Shown here: one piece after another, positions 28,660 through 36,733 of the stretch
How the letters are laid out: every line of letters starts with the position of its first letter
How positions within the stretch are numbered: position 1 is the first letter of the stretch
Assembly (NCBI GenBank): GCA_963702425.1
Contig: CAVPCQ010000012.1
Location: 1 to 64,000 of the forward strand
Direction of reading: 5' to 3'
Source of the DNA: an uncultured Acidobacteriota bacterium
Lineage (GTDB): Bacteria; Acidobacteriota; Polarisedimenticolia; J045
DNA: 64,000 nt
Notes under the pieces: generated by a model
What the model saw: the letters and a program-made list of their open reading frames with translations, nothing else
Databases searched by the model: none
What the model was told of the DNA's origin: nothing
Program-made: the position numbers and the translations under genes

Positions 28660-29751
28660 ATGACTTTCTCATCGGAGCGCCTGGCTCGCATTGTGCCGCG
28701 CGCCGCGCGGCCGGCGCTCAGACTCACCGTTCGGCGATTGCGCTTGCGCACGCGCCTGCTGCTGTATCGCCTGGTGGAGGCCCTGCGCCTGGCGGAAGCG
28801 GCTCGGCCGAACCGCCACGGCATCGGCGTCGTGCTCTGCCTGCATAACGTGGTGCAGCGGCACGGCGCGCTGGGCGTCAACCGAGGCTTGGACGTAACTA
28901 CGGCCGAGCTCGAGGCCATCTTCGCTTGCATGACGGCGCGCGGCTACACGCCGATCTCCCTGGACGCGATCAGCGCGTGCCTGCGCTCCGCGCGCCGCCC
29001 CCAGCCGCGCTTCGTTGCCTACACGTTCGATGACGGCTACGCCGATAACCTGCACCTCGCTTTGCCGCTTTTCCGGCGCCACGGCATTCCCTTCACCGTA
29101 TTCGTCACCACCGGGTTCATGGACAGAGACGTGCCCGTGTGGTGGTATCCGCTGGAGCGGAAGCTGGCCGCCACCGGGCGCGTGACAATCCCAGACGCGG
29201 GGGTTACGCACGAGTGGCGCACCGAAACGATCCGCGAGAAGGTTCGCGCCTATCGCGACCTGCAGGCATGGCTGGTCGCGGCAGACGCGGCGCAAACACG
29301 CCGCCTGCTGGAGGCCCTCTTCGGGACGACACCGGAGGGGGGCGCCGTGGGCGCCGGGGACGTGTTGTCGCCCGCACAAGTGCGCACGCTGGCCGAGGAC
29401 CCGCTCGTAACCGTCGGCGCGCACACGCGCACGCACCCGGTCCTGCGCGGTCTGCCGGAAGCCGAGGCATTGCGGGAAATCGCAGAAAGCCGGGAGCGGC
29501 TGACGACTCTGGTCGGCCGCCCCGTGGACCATTTTGCCTACCCGTTCGGCAACCCGACCGCCTGTGGGCCGCGCGAAGAGGGACTCGTACGGCAGGCTGG
29601 CTTCGAGACCGCTGTCACCACAGCGGCACGGCACGTGACGCCAGCGGACCGCGCGACGGCGTTGCCCCGCATCGTGCTGTCCGGCGAATTCGACCCTGCG
29701 CGAGCGTTGCCCGTTCTGTTGACGGACTGGTTCGGCAGGCGTAGAGGCTGA
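28660..29751 (+). CDS. Polysaccharide deacetylase (CE4)
   Basis: YTFDDGYAD, GAHTRTHP, FAYPFG and LPRI motifs. Confidence 0.92.
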   Translation: MTFSSERLARIVPRAARPALRLTVRRLRLRTRLLLYRLVEALRLAEAARPNRHGIGVVLCLHNVVQRHGALGVNRGLDVTTAELEAIFACMTARGYTPISLDAISACLRSARRPQPRFVAYTFDDGYADNLHLALPLFRRHGIPFTVFVTTGFMDRDVPVWWYPLERKLAATGRVTIPDAGVTHEWRTETIREKVRAYRDLQAWLVAADAAQTRRLLEALFGTTPEGGAVGAGDVLSPAQVRTLAEDPLVTVGAHTRTHPVLRGLPEAEALREIAESRERLTTLVGRPVDHFAYPFGNPTACGPREEGLVRQAGFETAVTTAARHVTPADRATALPRIVLSGEFDPARALPVLLTDWFGRRRG

Positions 29752-29799
29752 ACCGCCATCATGGTTTGACATGAATCGTGCGGCCGCTTTCCGGCTGCC

Positions 29800-29918
29800 G
29801 GGCCTGCATCGAGCGCGAGATGGGGGCGATCGGCCCAGTTGCCCGGCCGCCCAAGACGTTCCGGGTGACGACCGATTCGGCCCACGACAGGCCGATCGCC
29901 GAGAACATCCTTGACAGC
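29800..29918 (+). mobile_element. IS3-family transposase OrfB fragment
   Basis: REMG...VARPPKTFRVTTDSAHDRPIAENILD matches the IS3 OrfB TTDSxHxxPxAxNxL motif; truncated. Confidence 0.6.
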
Positions 29919-30251
29919 CGTCATCGACGGCGAGACCCACCGCAGCCGTCTCAAGCCGCGTCTCGGCAAGTCTGCCAACACATGAACGCCCACGGGCGAC
30001 CTGCGGCGCCGAGCATGGCCGGCCTAGGGATCCTGCCGAAGCCGTGGAAAATGCCAGACGCCGCGTTTCCCACCGCTTCTTGGATGGCGCATGAAGCCGC
30101 GCCGCCCAAAGGCTCCACAGGCCCTCCTGCATTCATCGGGACCGCTGGACAGATGACCATGCGCTGAGGCAATCTCGTCACGTCACGATGGGCCCGACCC
30201 GGTGGGGAATGCCTCTGAGAAGCCGGTGTCCCTTGCTCCTGAGAACCCACA
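29919..30251 (+). mobile_element. IS21-family right-end remnant (istB tail, hairpin region, terminal repeats)
   Basis: VIDGETHRSRLKPRLGK (IstB tail); structured GTGGAAAA...TTTCCCAC region; paired repeats GGTGGGGAATGCCTCTGAGAA / GGTGTCCCTTGCTCCTGAGAA ending in CCCACA. Confidence 0.6.
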
Positions 30252-30484
30252 CTCTGCCCGACCGTGCCACAATGGCCGGCGTCTCCAACGCGGCTGCCAT
30301 CAGGGTCCAATGCGACCGGGTGACTCACTCGAGTTGCTGGAAACTCATCTCCCGACTTCCAGCGGTGGTTGTTCTTGGAGAGGTGAACCTCTCTGCACAC
30401 TCAGCTCGGCGTCAGGTATTCTGGGGCCCGGATCTTGACTAGCTTCGGTTTGCGGGGCGACCCAGGAGAACAGAGGGCGTAGGC

Positions 30485-31738
30485 ATGTCAACGGATAGCT
30501 CGAGACCGCCGGGTCGCTCACGGGCCCCCGCACCGATGGACGACTCCGAGGCCGACTCACGATCGAAGGAGTCTCGCCTGGGATATCAGGGACCTCGAGA
30601 TGCGTTTGCGGAATCCGACAGAGCCACCGCACTCGTCGCGAGCGCTCTGACGACCGATTGGATCACGGACGGCGCCCTCCTGCGTTTTCCTGACACGCCG
30701 GAATGGACGGAGCGCGCCGACCGCTTCGTCCGAGAGTTCGGTCGCCGCTATCCGTCATGGGAAACGGTCCGGCTCGGTGGAAGGGTTGAAGGAAGCCAGC
30801 CGAGTGTGAACCACCTCACACTGCGCATAGTCGGACCAGGGGCCGAGCAGTGGTTACGCGAGTCGGTCGTTCGCTCCCGACCTCAGCCTTTGCTCGCGAG
30901 GATCCAACAACGGGCTCGACTTCGTGAGCGCTTTCGGACCCTTACTCCCGGTCTCCGGGTGCTTCCGACCTTTTTCATTATCGGAGCCCCACGATGCGGA
31001 ACGTCTACGCTTCACCAGGCGCTCTGCCAGCACCCATGCATCGTCCGACCTACTCGCAAGGAACTGGCGTTCTTCAACGTGCTCTATGCGAAGGGGCTTC
31101 CCTGGTACCGAAGCCAGTTCCCGACTCGATGGGAGCGGTTCGCGACTCGCCGACGCACCGGAGGCTTCGCGACGTGCGATGCTACTCCAACCTACCTCCT
31201 CAGTCCTCATGTCGCCCGGCGCATCTGCGAGATAACTCCCGACGCACGCCTGATCGTCTGCGTGCGGGACCCCGTCGTTCGAGCCTACTCGCACTATCAG
31301 TGGGCGGTACACTGGGGCTACGAGCTCCTCTCATTCGAAGACGCCTTGGACCGTGAGGAGGACCGAGTACAAGGTGAGCTCGAACGCATGATGTCGGACG
31401 AACACTACGTGAGCCTCACCCGCAGATACTTTTCCTACCTCTTGACGGGTACTTATGCCGATCAACTCTTGGCTTGGAGGAGGTTCTTCCCCAAGGAGCA
31501 GTTTCACGTGGTGTCGACCACTGACCTGAAGCAACGGCCGCAGGAGACTCTCTCCGAGACGCTCGGGTTCTTGGGTCTGCCCCGCATCCCACTGCCGGTC
31601 AACGCGCGTGGAAACTCCCTCATCTACCCTCCCATGCAGGACAAGACCAGGGCGCGACTCAGGGAGTATTTCCGACCGCACGACGAGCGACTCCGGGATC
31701 TTCTCGGACGCGACCCAGGATGGATCGGCGCCCTCTAA
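30485..31738 (+). CDS. PAPS-dependent sulfotransferase (Sulfotransfer_1); start uncertain
   Basis: 5'-PSB loop FIIGAPRCGTSTL, KELAFF, DATPTY, 3'-PB VRDPVVRAYSHY, LREYFRPH. Confidence 0.9.
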   Translation: MSTDSSRPPGRSRAPAPMDDSEADSRSKESRLGYQGPRDAFAESDRATALVASALTTDWITDGALLRFPDTPEWTERADRFVREFGRRYPSWETVRLGGRVEGSQPSVNHLTLRIVGPGAEQWLRESVVRSRPQPLLARIQQRARLRERFRTLTPGLRVLPTFFIIGAPRCGTSTLHQALCQHPCIVRPTRKELAFFNVLYAKGLPWYRSQFPTRWERFATRRRTGGFATCDATPTYLLSPHVARRICEITPDARLIVCVRDPVVRAYSHYQWAVHWGYELLSFEDALDREEDRVQGELERMMSDEHYVSLTRRYFSYLLTGTYADQLLAWRRFFPKEQFHVVSTTDLKQRPQETLSETLGFLGLPRIPLPVNARGNSLIYPPMQDKTRARLREYFRPHDERLRDLLGRDPGWIGAL

Positions 31739-31849
31739 CGGCCGGCTTCGCTTCGCCAGAATACCCCTGCGGCGTCGCTCGCTGACCGGTTGTCGACCAC
31801 CGGCGAACATGCCGGGTGCTCAGACGGATATCCTCGCTAGAGCCGCACT

Positions 31850-33415
31850 TCACCCACCCAGCCGTCGTCGCAAGCCAGGGAGGACCTCTGGGTGAGCCAG
31901 CGGCGCGGCCAATCCGAACATGAGACAGAGTATGAGCTTCACGAGAAGTAGCGTCGCGTCCATTGACCGTGTTTCGACCGCCTGCACGATCTGGCCCGAT
32001 TTCCACTCCGCCACCGGTGTCGACTTGAGGAACTCGACGACGTGCACCGACACGAGGCGCTCGAGCGATTCGAAACCGGGTAGCGACTGGAGCGATCCGT
32101 GCCCGATCAGCAGGTACATCGTTACGGCGATGAAGACCAACGCGGCGACTCGTCGGTACTCAATGCGCTGTCGGAAGAACTTCTGCGAGCGATGGGTCCC
32201 GAATACCAGCAGGAGCGCAGCCGAGATGCAGCCCGCCAGCGCCACGCCATCCATACCCCACATCCCGACGAACAGCAGGCTGAGCAGCGTCTTGCCACAT
32301 GCGGAGAAGCCTCGTTGCAGTGCGAGAATCTTCGTCGCCTTGGCGTACATCAGCCCGAAGTTCATGTAGGAATAGCAAGCCCCCAGGATCACCGTGACGA
32401 CCTGGATACGGGCGATACGCGCCGACCACCAGAATTCGCTCGGCGTGAACACTCGCAACACGGAATCTACACACACTGCGACCACCAAACCGGCGAAGAG
32501 CAGGAAGAAGATGTAGGTTGTGAACATCCGACCGCTCTGGGCTTTCGCCCCATCCGGATCAGCCTCCGCCAGTTCGAACTGCTTGGTCACCCAGGAACGC
32601 ATGAAGGGCTCAGCGACGAGAAGAGTGATCAAGGTCGGGAACTTCATTCCCATCTGCATCTTGCCGACCCCGCCCAGGCTGATCGAGAAGCGAACGATGA
32701 GGCTCTCGATTTGCCCCGCCACCCACGCCACGACTGCCCCCGGAATCAGGGGCCACTGGTAGCGGAGGAGCTCGCGCGCAACGTCCCTCCGGAAGGCGAA
32801 CCCGCACTCGCGAGCACAAAGCCAACCGAAAGTCAGAGCCGCACAGATCGCGACGACGAAGTTCGTGAGGAAGTACCCGAGCAGGCCGAGTTTCAAGACG
32901 AGCAGCAGCCAGACGTTGAGCCCGATGCTGACCAGTAGCTGCATCAGACCGATCAGGGAATAGGCTACGGACCGGCGCTGGATGAGGAGAATGGATGCGG
33001 CCGTGTTCGCGGTGAGGTCAAACACGAAGGTGCCGAAGCCGAGGCAGATCAGAGGGTAAGACGCCGCGTCCCCGAGGAGGAGTTGGCTCATTGGCTTGCT
33101 GAAGATCATGGCCAGCGTGGCGATCGCCACCGCCGGCACGGCGACGAGGACGATTCCGGTAGGCACGACCGAATTCCGGCGGTCACCGGTCTCGGCATGG
33201 TAGTACCTCATCATCGCGCCACCCACCCCGTTCGCGAGCAGGCTCAGCACGAGTGACAGGCTGGTGTCCACCATCGCGATCTGACCGTAACCCGAATCGC
33301 GAAACAGATGGGCGTAGACTGGGAGCATCAGGAATCCGACGGCCTTGCTGGCGACAACGGCGGAGCCGTACACGCCGGCGTGCTTCAGCGTCGCCCGGGT
33401 GAGTCCGCTCGCCAT
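31850..33415 (-). CDS. Wzx/MOP-family oligosaccharide flippase
   Basis: LKHAGVYGSAVVASKAVGFLMLPVY...YGQI, ELLRYQWPLIP, WGMDGVALA; 12-14 TM segments. Confidence 0.85.
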   Translation of the reverse strand: MASGLTRATLKHAGVYGSAVVASKAVGFLMLPVYAHLFRDSGYGQIAMVDTSLSLVLSLLANGVGGAMMRYYHAETGDRRNSVVPTGIVLVAVPAVAIATLAMIFSKPMSQLLLGDAASYPLICLGFGTFVFDLTANTAASILLIQRRSVAYSLIGLMQLLVSIGLNVWLLLVLKLGLLGYFLTNFVVAICAALTFGWLCARECGFAFRRDVARELLRYQWPLIPGAVVAWVAGQIESLIVRFSISLGGVGKMQMGMKFPTLITLLVAEPFMRSWVTKQFELAEADPDGAKAQSGRMFTTYIFFLLFAGLVVAVCVDSVLRVFTPSEFWWSARIARIQVVTVILGACYSYMNFGLMYAKATKILALQRGFSACGKTLLSLLFVGMWGMDGVALAGCISAALLLVFGTHRSQKFFRQRIEYRRVAALVFIAVTMYLLIGHGSLQSLPGFESLERLVSVHVVEFLKSTPVAEWKSGQIVQAVETRSMDATLLLVKLILCLMFGLAAPLAHPEVLPGLRRRLGG

Positions 33416-33417
33416 GG

Positions 33418-34191
33418 TTACGGAATCGCCTGTTGCCCGTCGAAACGAGAGACTGTCGCGATGTTACCCTCGACGACTACGGCCCCGGCATACCCCGGCG
33501 CCGGGTTCAGGGCGAGCATGGACCAGCCGAGCGCTTCCGATGCGTCCCCGTCCACTCGCAGGATCCGCGCCGGCTCGTACGGCCCCACGCTGACCTCGAA
33601 CTGCTCGAGGGGGAAGGACAGACCTTCACCACGAGCCTTGATGAAAGCCTCCTTGCGCGCCCAGCACCGGAAGAAGGCCTCGATCCATTCGTGGCCGTCG
33701 AATCGGTCCAGCTCGGCAATCTCACCGCGGGCGAAGAACCGGCGGGCAACGCCGTCATCGGCCTGCTGGGCCTCGACGAGCTCGACATCGACTCCGACCT
33801 CGCGGTCCTGCGTGATGGCGATCAGGACCAGGCCCGCCGAGTGCGAGAGGTTGAACCTCAGATCGATCGGCAGCGGGCCGGCGAGTTCCGGCTTGCCGTA
33901 GGACGCCAGCCGATACTGGAGCGCCGCCGCCGGCAGGCCGAGATAGCGTGCCAGCACTTCCCGCAGCACACCCCGTCGCGAAATGAACCTCCGGCGGTCG
34001 GTCTCGAACCGGAAACGTCGCGCCCGCGCACGCTCGTTCTCTGCGAGAGTCCCTTCGAGACGACCCTGGTCGCTCCCGAACCGATCGACGTCGACCCGCC
34101 AGACGTGAAGTTCATCAGGCCGCAATGCGAGTGACGCCGGCGGACCGCACCAGGCATCGATGGTCGTCGGGAATCGAAGGGGCGCCGGCAT
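33418..34191 (-). CDS. sfp: Sfp-type 4'-phosphopantetheinyl transferase
   Basis: YGKP, FNLSHS, VGVDVE and WARKEAFIKARGEG motifs. Confidence 0.93.
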   Translation of the reverse strand: MPAPLRFPTTIDAWCGPPASLALRPDELHVWRVDVDRFGSDQGRLEGTLAENERARARRFRFETDRRRFISRRGVLREVLARYLGLPAAALQYRLASYGKPELAGPLPIDLRFNLSHSAGLVLIAITQDREVGVDVELVEAQQADDGVARRFFARGEIAELDRFDGHEWIEAFFRCWARKEAFIKARGEGLSFPLEQFEVSVGPYEPARILRVDGDASEALGWSMLALNPAPGYAGAVVVEGNIATVSRFDGQQAIP

Positions 34192-34195
34192 GGCG

Positions 34196-34957
34196 CTATG
34201 CCTGGCCGGCTAGGTGGCGCTGAAGATCGCGCGACAGCATCTGGAAGAACAACGCCCGGCAGGATTGGTGGTAGAAATGCCCACCCTGGAACATCCGAAC
34301 GACTACGTCCGCTCTGGTGTGTCGGGCCCACGCCTCCAGATCGGTGCGAGCGACATCCGGATCGCGAAGGCCGCCGTAGGCAGCGATCGGACAGTCGAGC
34401 GGATCGTCCTCGACATGCTCATACGTCTCGCACACCGAGAAATCGGCCCGCAAGGCGGGCAGCAGGAGCTCCATCAGCTCTGCCGACTCTAGGGCCTCCG
34501 GTGGCGTTCCGTCGTAGCGCCGCAGCTCCTCCACGAAGCGTTCGGGACCCAGGTCTCGGATCGGAGCCACTGGATAGGGCAGGTGTGGACCGCGGTGCCC
34601 GGAGACCACCAGCTGAACGGGCTGTGTGCCCGGGTCCCGTCGCAGCAGCCGAGCGAGCTCGAAGGCCAGGAGCGCGCCCATGCTGTGTCCGAACAGGGCA
34701 AAGGGCACGTCGAGGTAGTGGCGAAGGCCGTCCCGCATCGCCTCGGCCAGCCTTCGCGCGTCTCGAAGCGGCGGCTCCTCGATGCGCGCCTCACGGCCCG
34801 GCAGACACACCGCAAGGACCTCCACGCTCTTCGGAAGCTCGCGGCTCCAGTCGCGATACGCCACCGTGCCCCCGCCGGCGTACGGCAGGCAGAACAGCCT
34901 CAGACGAATCCCCGTGCCCGGCCGATGGCGCGCAATCCACGGGTTCTCAGGCTTCAT
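34196..34957 (-). CDS. Type II thioesterase
   Basis: LFCLPYAGG, LPGRE, GHSMG, LRADF, GGHFY. Confidence 0.93.
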   Translation of the reverse strand: MKPENPWIARHRPGTGIRLRLFCLPYAGGGTVAYRDWSRELPKSVEVLAVCLPGREARIEEPPLRDARRLAEAMRDGLRHYLDVPFALFGHSMGALLAFELARLLRRDPGTQPVQLVVSGHRGPHLPYPVAPIRDLGPERFVEELRRYDGTPPEALESAELMELLLPALRADFSVCETYEHVEDDPLDCPIAAYGGLRDPDVARTDLEAWARHTRADVVVRMFQGGHFYHQSCRALFFQMLSRDLQRHLAGQA

Positions 34958-35876
34958 GGGGACTCCTGCTGGACAGCGCGGGATCGAGCTGTCCCGGAAG
35001 CGCGACGCTCTGCCGCCTCCACGTTCCGAACCAGTCCGCAATCGCGTCCAAAAGCTCCTTCTGGTTCCCGAGCAGTGTGAAGGTGTGGTCCGTACGGTGC
35101 ACGATCTCATTGCGGTAGCCCGGTGCCGAACGAAGACGCGCCATGCAACTTTCCGCGAACACGTCGAAATAGTCCAGGGAGTGGTCCCCATGCGAGTGCA
35201 CGAACAGGAAGCGGACCTGCCGGTCCAGGAGGGCGTGAAGTTCCCGCGACAACTGGTCCGATATCTTCATCACCTGCTGAGGAGGCGCAACACGGTCTTT
35301 GAACTGGTCAACGAGAACTTTGACCAGCCGTTTGTACTGAATATTCCCCTTCAGCGCTCGCATCCATGCGCCGCGGTCCAGCAGTGACTTCCTCCAGTAC
35401 TGCCTCGCCCAGCTTCGGTTCTTCACATAGCGGTTCCACTCGGAATTCCGGTCCAGCCCCTGGCTGTTCAGCATCACAATTCCGACAACCCGCTCGTCGG
35501 CACATGCCGTCTTGAACGATGTGACCGCGCCCGAACACAGCCCGACCAGGATGAAGCGCGTCATCCCGAAGCGTCTTTCGAGATCGTTCATGACTTCCCG
35601 TGCTTCCACAACGGTGCTCTCCGACCACGTCAGGCGGTCTCGACGTATGCCGCTGTCGCCGATTCCGCTATGATCGAACCTGGCCACCACGAACCCGCAT
35701 GAGGCCAGTCGTCGCGCGATCCTGACCGACATCCGACTCGGGCCGACACGGTGGACGACCCCTGCGTTGAACAGAATCACTGCTGGCAAAGCCTCCTCTT
35801 GGTCAGGGCCCGGCTGTTTCGCAATGATCCCAACCAGAGACGGGGCGGTGCCGAACGTCGTTGCGATCTCAAGCAC
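34947..35876 (-). CDS. Alpha/beta hydrolase, exosortase-associated 'hydrolase 1'-like (GLCSG elbow)
   Basis: GTG start with GAGG RBS; NAGVVHRVGPSR, RFDHSGIGDS, GLCSGA, DHTFT. Confidence 0.8.
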   Translation of the reverse strand: MLEIATTFGTAPSLVGIIAKQPGPDQEEALPAVILFNAGVVHRVGPSRMSVRIARRLASCGFVVARFDHSGIGDSGIRRDRLTWSESTVVEAREVMNDLERRFGMTRFILVGLCSGAVTSFKTACADERVVGIVMLNSQGLDRNSEWNRYVKNRSWARQYWRKSLLDRGAWMRALKGNIQYKRLVKVLVDQFKDRVAPPQQVMKISDQLSRELHALLDRQVRFLFVHSHGDHSLDYFDVFAESCMARLRSAPGYRNEIVHRTDHTFTLLGNQKELLDAIADWFGTWRRQSVALPGQLDPALSSRSPHEA

Positions 35877-36720
35877 GATGCACCTCGGAAACCCACTGCG
35901 CGATCCGCTGAATGCTCTGAGTCGGTAGCACCATCTCGTACGGCTCGGCAAACCACATCATCGGTTCATGGATCGGTGCCTCGTCCACCTTGGCGCCGAG
36001 CTGGTCCAGGCGCAAGCGAAGATCTCGAAACTCGCCACTATCGCCGTTGTCCACGAGCAGGATGCTCCGTGCTGGCGATCGGCCGATCTGATCCAGGTCG
36101 AACTGCTCGAGCTGGCGCACGGCCTTGTCGGAGAACAGGAAGCCGAGCACCTCGAGCCCACTCTCACGCCCTGCCAGGCGACGGGACTCCTGCTCCCGCC
36201 ATCCGTGCTTGCGCTCGTGCGACGTCTGCTGGGCGCGGATCTCGTCCAAGTAGCGTCGTCCGTCGACCACGGGCTGCCAGAGAGCCAGGGAATCGAGCGA
36301 CCCCGTCCTTTCGCCGACCTTCACCGCCAGGCTCGCCCCCAGGCGCAGCCCGACGACGCCGACCCGGCGGCAGCGGTTTCCCATGTACTCGATGGCCGCG
36401 TTGAGGTCCTCGGTCCAGCGATCGAGATCACCTTCGTCCTCCTCCCCGAGAGAGTCACCGCTGCCGAAGAAGTCGAATCGGAGCACTGGAAAGCCGGCCA
36501 GGTTGAGCTGCCGGGCCAACTGCCGGCATCCTCTGTGACTTCGGCCGTATTCGTGCCCTGGCGGGTACGCGATGACGATACCGTCCTCGCGCGTGTTGCT
36601 GCCGAAGGGCGATTCATGCAGACCAAAAAGACGATCGTTCGGACCAAAGAAGAAGGGAGTCAGGGCCTCGCGCCTCGAGGCTCCGGCACTCTCGTTCCCT
36701 CCGGGCACCTGGGTTGTCAA
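35869..36720 (-). CDS. Alpha/beta hydrolase, exosortase-associated 'hydrolase 2'-like (GLRLG, no Ser nucleophile)
   Basis: TTG start with GGAGG RBS; PPGHEYGRSHR, LRFDFFGSGDS, GLRLGA, LWQPVVDGRRYL, EVLGF. Confidence 0.8.
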   Translation of the reverse strand: MTTQVPGGNESAGASRREALTPFFFGPNDRLFGLHESPFGSNTREDGIVIAYPPGHEYGRSHRGCRQLARQLNLAGFPVLRFDFFGSGDSLGEEDEGDLDRWTEDLNAAIEYMGNRCRRVGVVGLRLGASLAVKVGERTGSLDSLALWQPVVDGRRYLDEIRAQQTSHERKHGWREQESRRLAGRESGLEVLGFLFSDKAVRQLEQFDLDQIGRSPARSILLVDNGDSGEFRDLRLRLDQLGAKVDEAPIHEPMMWFAEPYEMVLPTQSIQRIAQWVSEVHRA

Positions 36721-36733
36721 CGTGACCTCCTGC

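Noticed and set aside
21315-29918. Single istB gene split by one clean inversion
   Set aside because: The two IstB pieces are complementary, but each has its own right-end repeats, and the IS3 fragment does not clearly continue at the other junction; two decayed copies is the more cautious reading.
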